Of a stretch of DNA of 64,000 nt, positions 35,278 through 47,876 are shown piece by piece. Every line of letters starts with the position of its first letter. Position 1 is the stretch's first letter. The position numbers and the translations under genes are program-made. The notes beneath the pieces are model-generated. The model was not told the DNA's origin. It saw only the letters and a list, made by a program, of their open reading frames with translations, and did not search any database. Source of the DNA: Nymphaea colorata (Eukaryota); assembly GCF_008831285.2 (NCBI RefSeq), contig NC_045138.2, positions 22,196,001 through 22,260,000 on the forward strand, written 5' to 3'.

Positions 35278-35610
35278 TTAGTGGGAGACCAGAGGATGGG
35301 AAGGGTTATAAGCACGAAAAGGGCGGCAAGCGACCAGGTAATAAGCAACCTTGTGCCTCAACTTTCTCAGCAACAAGAGCCTCCCTCCCCACTGGAACAC
35401 GACCAAGGCCCTCTCCTTCACGGTCCGTTTCACCTTCTCCTGACTGCCCATCACCGGCTTCTGCACTCCCACGGCAGCCTCCTCCTCCTCTTCCTCCCAG
35501 TACAGAGGATAGCTCCTAAGGAACACTCTCCTCTTGTTGTAGTCTTCATACCGAAAGCTTCTCGCTCTTACTTCGCCTTCCACCACACCCTCCTCACCCA
35601 CGAAGACCAT
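35278..35610 (-). CDS. Small uncharacterised plant protein (110 aa) with an RSFRYEDYNKRRVFLRSYPLYW motif and a poly-Glu tract
   Basis: Single GC-rich ORF with coding-like composition. The RRVFLRSYPL-W motif is one I recall from short uncharacterised angiosperm proteins (not verified by search). Confidence 0.7.
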   Translation of the reverse strand: MVFVGEEGVVEGEVRARSFRYEDYNKRRVFLRSYPLYWEEEEEEAAVGVQKPVMGSQEKVKRTVKERALVVFQWGGRLLLLRKLRHKVAYYLVACRPFRAYNPSHPLVSH

Positions 35611-36468
35611 GACGTCAAGACTACCGGATTCCGGCGAGAGGTTTCAAGCACCTGGGTTGCTTTTCCTGGGAACCTATACTCTGAGGAGCTTGCTGTTCCC
35701 TTCTCCCTCTTCGTGGTTAGAGAGGGAGAGAGACGGATTTGAAATACGGCACCCACAAGGGATGGAGCAAAAACAAGGGAGCGAGTTGGATGGATTTGGT
35801 TGTCTGCATCTGAGGCTGCTGGTTTTCATGCGGGCTGCAGAGGAGGGGGGGAATCCGACGGGACGCCACTCAAGAAAGCCACCGTCGCTTTGGTCCATTT
35901 CTGACAAATCGAAGGGCCCCATGTTTCTCGCTTCTGGATGGCAAATTCTGAATCCCATGGCTCCACCATCGCAAGCTTCCTATTATTTTATCACAAGGAA
36001 GACAAGAAACCAAGACCGTCGGATCGTTGAACATCCACGGCATCCAAAAGTAGTGACGACGCCTTCGGGCGTTCTAAAGTGTAGTCCTGCGAAAGCGACG
36101 ATGCGCATCGCCTGAAAAGCCGTTTCAGTTGAGAATCGGAAGCCATTATTAAACCCCTTTTCAGAACAGTACTGCCAAAGGAAGGTCTGTCTGCATGCTG
36201 ATGATTGTGTTACCTTCTTTTGTGTGGGACTTTGTTTCTGCAACAGGCGGTGGGTTGTCTCACTGTTATAATGTAAAATTCCCAAAGGTTATGATTTATA
36301 GTTCTTAAGGAGCAGCTCCCTCTGACACATGGCTGCCCTGAGGAGTTAAAAGGAGATTAGCAGTTCAGTGTAGTTGGTCAAGCTGGCCACATGTAAATGA
36401 CATGTTGTTGTTAGGTGTTATTTTCTGGATTGAAAATTAGTGGCGGCCTGCCACTCAAATCTTAAACA

Positions 36469-36588
36469 GACCCCTGAACCCTTGGGAGACTTCAACTTAT
36501 CTAGTATCACCCGCACTCACGAACTCTGACCCCCTGAACCCTTGGGAGGCTTCAACTTATCTAGTATCACCCGCACTCACGAACTCTG
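36469..36588. repeat. Two-copy 60-bp tandem duplication
   Basis: CCCCTGAACCCTTGGGAG(A/G)CTTCAACTTATCTAGTATCACCCGCACTCACGAACTCTG at 36471 and 36531. Confidence 0.9.
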
Positions 36589-39500
36589 TTTCATGAGTGG
36601 TCCTTTCTCACTCAAAGTAAAGATTTCTAATCCATGCCAATCAAACACGCTTTGAAAGAATGCCAACCAAGGGTTCTAAGTCGAGGAAGTCAAGTCTCAA
36701 CCTCCTGCTACTTTGTAAGTTGATGACATGGTGTTGTTCTTGCAAATGACAGGACTGTGCTCACCAGAGTTTCCTCTTAAAGCAGCAGGGTCGATAGATG
36801 GTATGAGCCTAATTATGAGGAGTGACTACTTCCGACATGAAGATGTCGGACTTTCGGCACCATAAAGTTTCATAACTTATACCCTTATTTTGTCTTAAGG
36901 GAGTTGGTGTGGGTTGGCGGCTGGTAGGCGGTTAGTTCCGGTTTCAAATCCCTGAGCAACTCAATGTGCTCCAAAAGGGAAGCCATAATTGTACAAGTTA
37001 AAGTGTGGGGGGAGCGTGAGACACTAAAACAGACTCTATACCTTAGGATGAAATGTCAAGTAAGGATCTCAAGGCCTATGCCAACTCATTGACTTTTTTA
37101 AGAGAAGGTAGTTCTTTAAGAGGGAGTTTGCTAACAAGAATGTTGCATTGTTTGAAGTGCAGTGTTATATGACACATTCGTGTTCCAAAAATACAATGTT
37201 TTTGTTAACAAACACTTTCTAAGGTTATGATTGGTGGTCTAAATAATATAAGCTTTACAGGAGATTTACTAAGTAAACTGGTCATTGCCATGGGAAAACC
37301 TTTAATTTGTCAATAAAAATGTGGAAAGGAAAGTTTCATTCGAGTGTGACATGATGAATACGGAGCAAATTCAGACAAGTCTAAAGGTTTGGCCTCCAGC
37401 TGGGTTTGAAAAGGAAAGTTGCAAATGAAATTAAGTACACATGCATCCAACTATGACTCTGCTGTCGCGGTGGTTGGCTAAATTTAATGAGAGACAGTTT
37501 GCACTGCAAATTTGTGCTCTGGCAGTGTCCCCGCTCGAGAAAAGCATTCCAGGCTCTCTGTAGAGATCCCTTTCACATTAATCTTACCATCTTACAAGAG
37601 ATGAAACTTGTTGGGATCTATGTGGATTAAAACAAAATTCAAGCTTTGATTCATTTCATGTAACCACTTGTTTCCATTGTAACGTAAGTAGTTAAATGAG
37701 AGAAATGAAAAAAAGAAGTGTGCCTTTGTTATCTCATCAAACCTGAGCATTCTTTTCTAAAATTTTCCGTTGTGCTCGAATGACTTAAAAAAAAAAAAAG
37801 GAAGTTTTGTAAAAACCAGGTTCCATGGCAACCTAGTTTTTAAACCCGATTTAAAAAACATGTTTTTTATGTTTGAGTGACAACAGAAAAACAATGGTTT
37901 TTGAGTTTTTTTTTTTGGGAGGAGGGAGAGAAGGGGTGGGAGAAGGTAGTGTTCACCATATATATGAAAGACATTATATATATAAATATGCAATTTTTTT
38001 TTTTGTCGTGGGCATTTGCCTACACATGCATTTCCTTCCCTAGGAGAAAGTTATAGACTCTCCATCTTGTCAAAATTAGGCTTTGCAGAAACCTTGTTTA
38101 GACCGTTATCCAAATATTTCTTAAAACGCCAATTTGGAGACAAAAATATATTTTCTCTCTTAGCCTTTAAATCAGCATTGAAAGGTGTCACGTAAAGAAG
38201 CTTTTGGTCCCTATATTGTTCAATACTCGTGTTAAAAGGGCTTCATTTGTAGTTAGCTTGCATCTTTACGGATCCAGAGCCCTTACTGCAAGCGTTCAAA
38301 GCCAGAAGAGAGTCTCAACTGATGAGCTTCAAGCTGTCATGTCAAATTTATTTTAAATTATATGAGTATGGGTCCTGACGCCATCTGGCATAAATGCTGG
38401 AAATAATGAGTCAAGCAAGTGGGTATAAGGTCACGTAATCTCCCAAATGACCTCTTCAGATATACCTAAACTCTTCACATGCACGTATTCTTGTGATGAA
38501 CAGTGTATTGATTTAGCTGACCACTCAATAGCCCCAACCACTCACACAGAAATGGACCGGACAAGGCCAATCAACGGAGAAAAAATATATCAGAACCGTT
38601 CCAATTCTATCGGATGTACCAGAAGAGACAAAAGAGATATTTTTGAATCACTTAGAGCGGTTTACCAGGCAATTAGACTAATCTAAATATTGAATATGAT
38701 TGTGCTACTGTTTTTTGAATGGATGTGACCTTGAAGGGCCTAGGGTCATCACTTTGATTCCTATGAGTGTTATTCTTTTGAACTGTAAATGATGGTTGAC
38801 ACTACTCCTGAGTTAAAATGACTGACACTACTCCTGAGTTGAAAGGCTTAATCCTAAGTTCAATTAGGTCTTGAAACAACCCTAAACCTTGAGGGTAGGG
38901 AGAAGGGGAAGAGACTTCAGTCTATTTTGGGTATCAGCATCCATGTCCATTTTTTTTTTTGGATTAAAAAAATTTATCTCCAGTGAAGACATAAACACAA
39001 ACAAAAGATAAAGATAAACTTAAGGGGGTGTTTGGATGACACTCTATCCAATCTAGTTTGTTTAAAACTTGGCTTTATATGAAAACAAAGTTTTTTAATG
39101 AACCTTATGTTTTTTTTTTTGGGTAACACATCCAAATGTAAATGAAAGGAAAGAAAAAAAGTAGGAGAGGAATAAGGTTTGGCAGATGAATTAAGTTGGT
39201 TTCTGATCAGAGGGTCAGACAGATTCTGACAGCATGATGGCATGAGCCTCGACACTAGAACCACTTTTTGTTTGTTGTTCAATTGTTCTTCTGCACAATG
39301 CTTTTCCTTTCTTTCCTCCTCCTCGAGGATGACCAATATCCCGGATTCCAAACTTATGTTAATCGAGATATACTGTGAAAGGGTAATTGAGTTATCATGT
39401 GAATATTTTTTATGTCGCGACAATCACAAAAGGTTGGAGACCAACAAGCTGCCATGGCCTTCAAACCAAGAAGAAAGAGTACAATTAAGGGACCAACTAT

Positions 39501-41150
39501 ATGAAAAGACAAACACACGCTCCTTTGAATGGTCACCTTCAGAGTGGCCACTCTCATTAAGGATCAGTTTCCTTTCGCCTTTTCCACAGAGAGATCTGGG
39601 GTAGAGTAACTGGTAGGTTGTACTTTTCGATTAGAACCAACCAGCGGTGACCCCAAAGAGTTTTACGTAGAACGAAGTCGGCAAAAATGAAAGTAGGATA
39701 AGAGAATTTTCATGTCAGAGAAGAAGCCAGAAATTTTATGTTGAATGGAGTCAAGAAGCATTATAGCTGAGCCTGAGACTCATTTAGAGGCAACGGAACC
39801 AGGTCTAGCAGGCCAACCTTCTTAGCTAGACTCCCAGTCTGGATTTCTCTTAGTTCAAAATCCATCGGTCCATGTCGCTCACATGCACCCGCATATGACT
39901 TTGCGCCTCATTCGAACTCGCTCATAAAAACTTGACTCATTTGTAAATGAGCCGAGCTTGACTTTAAATTTATGCTCGACATGTTGAATGAGTTGAGTTC
40001 AAGTTATAAGAACTTGACTCATTAAAACTCAGCTCGGCTCCACTACGTAAATGTCTCATGAATGAGATATTTCTATTGCTATGTTTTTCTCTGAGCGCTG
40101 TTTGATGAGGCTGGAATTGTGAAATTTTAAATTTAAAATTCTCATTTTTGATAAAATGAGAATTGAGTTGTCAAACAAAGTTTTTGATTTTGGAATTACG
40201 GACTCATTCTTGAATTCAGAATTATGATTTCAACCATAGGGCATGAAACTATGATTCCAGAATTTTAGAATTTTTCATGATTTTCTTCGACCTGTTCTGC
40301 ACGCTGGTATCTTCATAAATTTCATGATTTTTCACACTTTTCCAATTCAAATAAAAACAAAAAATTAGATCAGAACTGGATTTGGGTACATCCAATATAT
40401 TTAAATTTGCACTTGATTTCATAAACGTATTCATTGCAATCGAACCCACTAACCCGCAGCCTCTGGCCGGTCCCGATGGCCACCCGACTCAGTGTCCTTC
40501 TTCTCAGGCGAAGTTTTCTCCGGTCTATCCGGCGCCGGAAACCCTACGTCAGGGACGGGAAGACCAAGGGGTTCTCAATGTCGGGAGAGTTCTCAACTTT
40601 CATCTCCTTCCTTGAATCCTTCACTCTTCTGGACCCTGTTCACTCGATCCAGCCTCCATGAATGGCGCCCCGCATGCACCAAGAATTCAGGCCCACATCA
40701 GATTTGGCCGTTGACCTACGAACTACGGACAGAAGTAAAGTATCCCATGTCCACAAAGAACGATGAATCAACACTTAGGATTAAATGAATTTGTTTGGAT
40801 ATCCTACTACCCATGGAATTCATGAAGATGAAAAAGTTTCATGTTAATTTTCATTTGCGTTTAATGTGTCATCCAAAATGCCGACGTCTTTTACGCATCT
40901 ACTTAGTCGTAGGACTGGTCGTCTGTGGAGGGACGAAGGCTAGAAGATAAGAAGAAGCGACTGCTGCCATTTTTTTCTTTGGCTTCACTTGATTAATTGA
41001 CATAGGCTCAACTCAAAAGGAATGCATCGCTGTTATGTGCTTTGTAATTCTAAGGATTGAATAAGGAGGAGGTCCTATTTTCTACAAAAAAAAAGTTCAA
41101 AAAATTGTAAGGATTAAATAAATGTTGTTGAGAGAGAAGCATCGGTAACG

Positions 41151-41335
41151 CAGAAGGGCAGAGCCAGAAATTTCTTATGAAGGGGGGTCTAATTAAATTT
41201 CTAAATTTTGACAAACCGAAATATCATTTTTCAAAATTTTTATATAAGACAAGTGAAATTTTCTAAAGTTTACATATAAATTTAAAAGTTTGAGGTGGGG
41301 CCAGGCCCCTACGGCCCCCCTTGGCTCCACCCCTG
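41151..41335. mobile_element. Short MITE-like element (GGGC(A/G)GAGCC ... GGCTCCACCCCTG ends)
   Basis: Imperfect terminal inverted repeats. The AT-rich core is the reverse complement of part of 51275-51360. No clean TSD. Confidence 0.5.
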
Positions 41336-42099
41336 GTAACAGGGGCGGTTGTAATCAAAGGAAATATGTTGTATGACTTGCTGTAATGTGTTCTTTCTAG
41401 GTTGTTTGACTAATGGAATAATTACATACTGATTGATAAACTTGCTTCAATTTTTTGATGCAAATTCATAAAATAGTGATTAGAGTGGGTTCATAAAAAA
41501 GTAACCATTTTATTAGGCAAACAGCTCGTTTGTGTTACACATGGGTCCTATTTAGTAAAGCAGGCTTCATATGCATTATAGTTTGAAGGATAAACTGAGA
41601 AACTAGTTTCTTTCATTAATTTTTCTCATTTCACAAATTTAAGCCCAAAATCTTCCTTGTTAGAAATTTAGAATGTTGGGCTTCTTAAATCTTGATTCAT
41701 TAATAATATTGATAATGATGATTTGCACTTGGTCATTCAGTTTTAATTATTCTCAAAATGTAAAATTTGTCACCAACTTTTATTAATTGTTTACTACTAA
41801 ACCAAACAATCTGTACCTTTTCAAGTGAATTGGGAGGAATCCTACCACCAAAACGAATGCTGAAACCTCTCTCCCACCATTTCCCCAAGGTCTTGGACTG
41901 CTTTCGGTGACTTGAGAATTCAAAATAGAAACTAGATGCCTACCAGTCCCTTCCCTGCCCATTGCACCAACTGGATAACCAAGCAATCCGTACATTTTAC
42001 ATATCATGTAATACTTTGTTTTACCTTTACATACCATTTTCTCGGCCAAAATAGATTAAGTCTTTGACCAAATGCTCATCTATGTTATCCCACTTCCAA

Positions 42100-44763
42100 A
42101 AATTGCTTTCATAAAAAACAACATCTCATCGAATAACAAGTTTTTTGGTATCAGGGTTATACATTCGATACCATTTCGCAACATCCGAATATCCAACAAA
42201 TATACAATTTTCACTTTTCTTATCCAACTTAGTATGCTCGCTTGAATCAATTAAAGCAAATGAAATACATCCAAACACTCTTAAATTACTTACATAGGTT
42301 TGCATTTCCACGAACCCTCATAGGGTATTCGATTGCGTACTGCTTTAGTTAGCAAAATATTTGAAATATAAACCGCAATAGCCACTGCTTCTACCCAAAA
42401 ATCATTTGGAAGTTGGCTTTCACTCAGCATGCTTCTAGCCATTTCTACCATAGTTTTATTCTTCTTTTCAACAAAACCATTTTGTTAAGGTGTCTTCCTT
42501 ACTATCAACTGTATGTGAATTCCATTCTTTCTGCAAAAATCATTAAAATCATTAGATAAAAATTTTCCTCCTCTATTTGTGCATAAACATTTTATGGCAC
42601 AATTGCTGCTCTTTTCTACTAAAGCTTTGAACTCCTGAAATTTTTCAAAAGCTTTTGACTTTTGGGTAAGAAAATATACTCAATTCATACGAGTAAAATC
42701 ATCAATAAACAATAAAACATATCTTGTGTTGTTTAAGGAATGAGTATTCATGGGCCCATAGAGGCCAGCATGGAGTAGTTCAAGAGGCTTTTTGGCCCTC
42801 TATGCCTTTTCAATTGGGAAAGACATATGATGTTGCTTTTCATATAAATGTTATTCATAAATCCCATCACTACATGTGATTTGAGGTAAACCCAATACCA
42901 TGTTCTTATTGTTTAATAATTTTAGGCCATTATAATACAAATGACCATATGTTAAATGCCAAAGCTGAAAGATTTTATCAACATCACAGACTAATGCAAC
43001 TTGATTTATATGTGAAAATTAAAGTAGAAACATTTTAGTTGGAGCCATTTTCATTGTAATGAAAGACTAATTAACCATTTTCAAGCAATTGTCTGACACT
43101 CAATAAGTTGTGAGTTAAACTTGGTATACAATAGACATCATGGACTAACTTTTTACTACCTGATTTAATCTTAACTTCAATAGTTCTTTTGCCTTCACTC
43201 TGTCCAAGTAGTACACATACCTTCACAAACTTGTCAATATGGTGGGAATGATTCTTTTCACTTGTCATATGGTTAGTGCAGCCACTATCTAAAAAGCACA
43301 GATGTGATGGACCATAGCTTCCAAATGAGCAATGAAAAGGTTACGTTGATTATTTTCTTCTTTTTTTTCAACTACATTGGCTTGCTTTTTTACTTTCTCC
43401 TAGCACTTTACCTCGACGTACCTATATTTTTTTGCAAAAATAACATTACTTTCCCCTATAACTCGGTCTTTGATTATTTCCATGGTCAGCATTCTGCTGT
43501 CCTCCATCAAATTTCCCTTGGCCATAGCCACAACTACGACCACTATAGCCACTTCTACCACTTCTGCTACCTACATATTGACTATTTTATATATCTTTGC
43601 TATCCTTTTGCTTGTTAGAAATTTCTATCTTAGTCTGAAATGCATGCTCAATGCTCTTTTCTATTGACCTGTTTAATATCATTTCATGTGCTAAAAGTGA
43701 ACCCATCAATGAGTTAATAGAATAAGTACACATGTCTTTAGATTCTGCTATAGCAGTTAAGACATGATCAAATTTGAATGACAAACTTCGTAAAATCTTC
43801 TCTACTACATTTTTATCTCTCATTCTTTCTTCAAAGGTTTTCATTTGATTTACGATAGTAGACATTCTAGAGAAGAAAATTTTGATGCATTTATTTACTT
43901 TCATTTTCTAGGCCTCAAATTCTCTATGTAAAGTTTGAAGTTTTGTTGTAGTTACCTTGCCATCTCCATGATAACTTTCTTTCAAAATATTCCAAGCTTC
44001 ACTTGACTTGGTCATTGCTGTAATGCGAAGGAAAATATTTTCAGTCACAGCTTGTAGCTGCAAAATAAGAAGAGCCTTTGCATCCTTCTTGCGTGTCTCC
44101 TTTGCTTCATTTGAAGACTTTGCCACATCATTTTCAACTAAATCCCAAAGATCTTGTGATATAGAAAATGTCTTCAGTTTAATGTACCAAAATTCATAAT
44201 TGTCTACATTAAAAATAGATACCAAAATTTGTGAGAGGTTGAGAGTAGTATTTAAATTCATGCCATTCGATGACATTTTTCAATCAGGCATTTACAAACA
44301 ACCTTGAAAAATCGGCATGAAAACAATCTTCACAACAACACAACATACTAATTTGCTTCGACAACCTAGGCTTTGATACCATTAACATTGGTAATAAACA
44401 ATAAAAGAACACCGTACATTACGTTGCACACAATGAACTTTGCAAAACAACTTCTGAATTTCAGTTGAAGAGCACCCATGCAACTGAGGACACCCACAAG
44501 GCCACCTTGGCACACCTTGTTCTTGATACAACTGACACAAACCAAGGCACATATTTATAGACTATCCCAAGACACTCAACTTATGACTCGTAAACCTCCA
44601 TACTAATCACCATTACAAACGTGATATTAAAAGACATTAGAAATAGAAAACCTCCCAATTACACCTTAATTTATTATGCCATAACTCTTGACATTAAACT
44701 CTTAATTCACTATGCCATAATTCTATGACATTAAAACAAAAACTGCAATATTTATTTCACACA
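42100..44763 (-). mobile_element. Truncated degenerate Ty1/Copia element (putative 5' LTR ~44384-44763, gag, protease, integrase; no RT)
   Basis: PBS GCTTTGATACCA at 44370-44381 on +. Gag fragments NYEFWYIKLKTFSISQDLWDLVE and VVEKILRSL. Protease region HDVYCIPSLTHNLLSV. Integrase C-terminus LRVFGCISFALI...KLDKKSENCIFVGYS. LTR boundaries are approximate. Confidence 0.85.
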
Positions 44764-44819
44764 TTTACCAAAATTGTTTGCATCATATTTTAATAAAATT
44801 GTTTGCATCATATTTTAAT

Positions 44820-47160
44820 ACCGCCCTCGTCAACCTCCTTCTACTGTCGGCAGCGCCACAACATGCCAAGCATGGCCACATACGTGTTTTATACACGGAT
44901 TGAGACATCTTCTATGCATGGGGTACCTAGACCATGCAGACAACTATGTTGACTGGGTCATTTGGCTACATTTGAGATGGTGGGACCTGCAATAAGCATG
45001 ACCACAAGGAAGAGTTAGATTTGCAAGGTTTTTTTTTTCCCCTTTTTTCAAGGTGAATTGGATATAGGTCGTAGTCTCCTTTGATATCCCTTACCCTTGG
45101 GGTTCATAGAGTATATTTTGAACCTTTTTACAGTCTAAGAGAATACTACACTCGCTCGTGACAATATCCACAAGTTTCATTATACAAACCCAATTGGAGT
45201 GAACCACCTTACTGTTCAATGGGCTACAACCCTATGGGCCTTTTTTTTAAAAAAAGAATAAAATTATATGATCTCACATGCAATGTGTTCATTTCCTTTT
45301 TGCTTCTTTCTATTGTACCCATTTTTCTTCAATCTGTTGTCTTTTTTTTTCAAAAACAAGAGTGTTTCAGCTCTAACACCAAAAGTAATCATGTTAATGA
45401 GTTCCATTTTTGTTCATTTTGATGCATAAGACCATTTTCTCTTTCTTGTTGGCAAACATGAAATTGCCTGCTAAGACTTTCTATTTTAATTTTCAAATAA
45501 TCATTATTTATTGTGGGTGGGGGGACCAATTATAGAAGATTGTTTTTTTTTTTTTTTTTTCAGTTTTACTCGAATTGCTTGTATATTTAAGAACTAAATG
45601 CTCAAGAAATTGGTAGGTACCAAACTCTTAAGTGACAACATGTCAAAAAATGTTGACCATGAAAGGGAGGGAAAATGATGAAAAGAAAGACCTTTGGATG
45701 ACTAATTAATGAAGAGGAAAAGTAAAGAAAAGCTAAGAAATGTGTTTGGGTGCAAAGGAAAGAAAAGATGAGGAAAAAAATGAAAGGGTTTTCTAATGTA
45801 AATCCAATCCCTTCAAAAGTAGAGAGATAAGGTGGGAAGGAAGGGACCTCCTTGTTATTACCAAATTTACCCTTTCCCCTTGCGATTGCTCTCCAATCAT
45901 TGCTACCGTCGTGCCTGGGTATTCTAGTTTGAACACCATGAAGTAGAAACTCAGTTGAGAAGAAGCAACAGATCATATTCGGATTGGATATATCCTTAAT
46001 TATATCTGTTTTTTTTTATATTCACAAATTCGAATATGAATAAAGAAAAGTCATATCTGAATTTTATAATCCGAATCCGATTTTTATATTTATATCCGAA
46101 TCCGAATTTTGAATCGGATTGTGCCAATTTTCAAAATTTAATAGCATTAGATATAAGATATTTGTCTAAAAACGAATTCGATCCGAATCTATATCCAAAT
46201 CCAACTGGATATTTATGTATATCCGAATCGGAATCCGATTGGATGTCATTTATTAAATCTGAATAGGATCTGATATTAAATTTTTTTTTCATATCCGATT
46301 TTTTAGGATCAGTTCAATCTGATATTCGATTCAAACTGGACATATTAAAATCCCTAGCACTAGCAGCAGAGATGCATCGACTTCATCAGTGCATGTATGC
46401 AACCCTCTCTCTCTCTTGATCGACACGAGAGGGCCAGGCCCTCTTTGCTTGATCTCCGGTCGACGGCAGAGCGAGGGGCTGGGCCCTCCCCGTCGACTAA
46501 GGCAGGGGAGAAGGCCCGCCTTCGCCGACCACTCTCCACCGTTGGCGGCAACACGACACGTGAGGCATGGCCTCGCACGTGTTTTATACATGGAGTGAGA
46601 CACCTTCTATACACGGAGTACATAAACCACGCATTCATATACATACATGTTGGTCATTTGACTACATTTGAGATGGTGGGACCTGCAATGAGCTTGACCA
46701 CATACTCGTATATAACGTCGTGGTCCCCTTTGCTCTGCCCTTGGGGTTATAAATTATATTTTAAACCTTTTTACGGTCTAAGAGAATAACAAGTTTCATA
46801 ATACAGAGCCGTCCAATGGACTGGACTACAAACCTATGAGCTTACCAAAAAAAAAAAAAAAAAGGCTTGACTAGATTTGACGTCGACTAACATTATATTA
46901 TATGATCTGATAAGTAATTTGTTCATTTCCCTCTTTTCTTCTTTCTGTTTTACCCATTTTTCTTCAATCCGCTATTCTTTTTGTTTTTACCCCCCAAAAG
47001 CCTGAGTGTTTCAGTTCTAACACCAGAAGGTGATAATGTTTTATAGAAACTTCCACTGCAAGAACATTTTCTCTTTCTTGTTGGCAAACATGAAATTGCC
47101 TAAGACTTGCTATTTTAAATTTTAAATAATGATCACTTATTGTTGGGGGGGAGGACCAAC
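44820..47160 (+). repeat. Diverged ~650-700-bp direct repeat (44820-45530 and 46520-47160) upstream of the cytoplasmic kinase
   Basis: Shared colinear blocks, e.g. TACATTTGAGATGGTGGGACCTGCAAT, GTCTAAGAGAATA and CATTTTCTCTTTCTTGTTGGCAAACATGAAATTGCCT. Confidence 0.8.
45975..46355. mobile_element. MITE-like element rich in ATCCGA/TCGGAT motifs, ending ATCCCTA
   Basis: Dense ATCCGAAT/TCGGAT motif cluster with a hAT-MITE-like right end. Related motif clusters near 56690-56990 and 58786-58935. Left end not resolved. Confidence 0.5.
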
Positions 47161-47876
47161 TTTTTGCCAACCTAAACTCCAATTGGACTAACAAAATATC
47201 AAAACTATGAGAGGTCCAAAATATTGGAGACGAAAGGCAGTACTTTTTTTTTAATATATATATATCTGACCAAGAAAATTATAAACAAAGTTGATACGAT
47301 AACAAGTTAATAAACCTGGCTAGCTGCTAGTTCTTTTTATGACCTATTTTTCTCGTTTCACAAATTTAATTTCAAAATGCCCTTTATGAAAAATTTAAAT
47401 TGCGGACCTGACCTGTCAAATATTTGCTAACAAATTCAGATGGTAATGATGTGCACTTTACCATTTATTTTTAATTCTTCAAATATGTGCTTCCGATGAC
47501 ATCCCTAAGTATATTAAAGTACTGTTGAATTTTCCGTTTTCCCTTTGTGAACAGCAATGTCATTTTTTTTTACTATAACAAATTAACAGTAAGTCGGTCG
47601 GTAAATGTTTTAACCTGAAAGCTAAATTAAATGAAACAGAGAGATGTGTGGAAATAATTTACATAAAACAATGACGCCAATAAATGATAATGAAAACAAA
47701 AGAGGGCCCAACGAAAATACCTGAAAGATTGGTTCGGCTGGCCCATTGTCTTCTTGGGCGCCAGATCGGAAGACACGGGAAAGGGGAAAGCAGGGTTTGC
47801 CTCTCTCGCGCTCAGGGGTTTTAATTTCCTTCACATCGCGGCATTGCTCATCGGGCGGGCAGAGTTTTTCGAAAAA

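Noticed and set aside
35609..36115. 168-aa plus-strand ORF head-to-head with the small protein gene
   Set aside because: No domain or coding-like signal. It overlaps the likely 5' UTR and promoter of the minus-strand gene.
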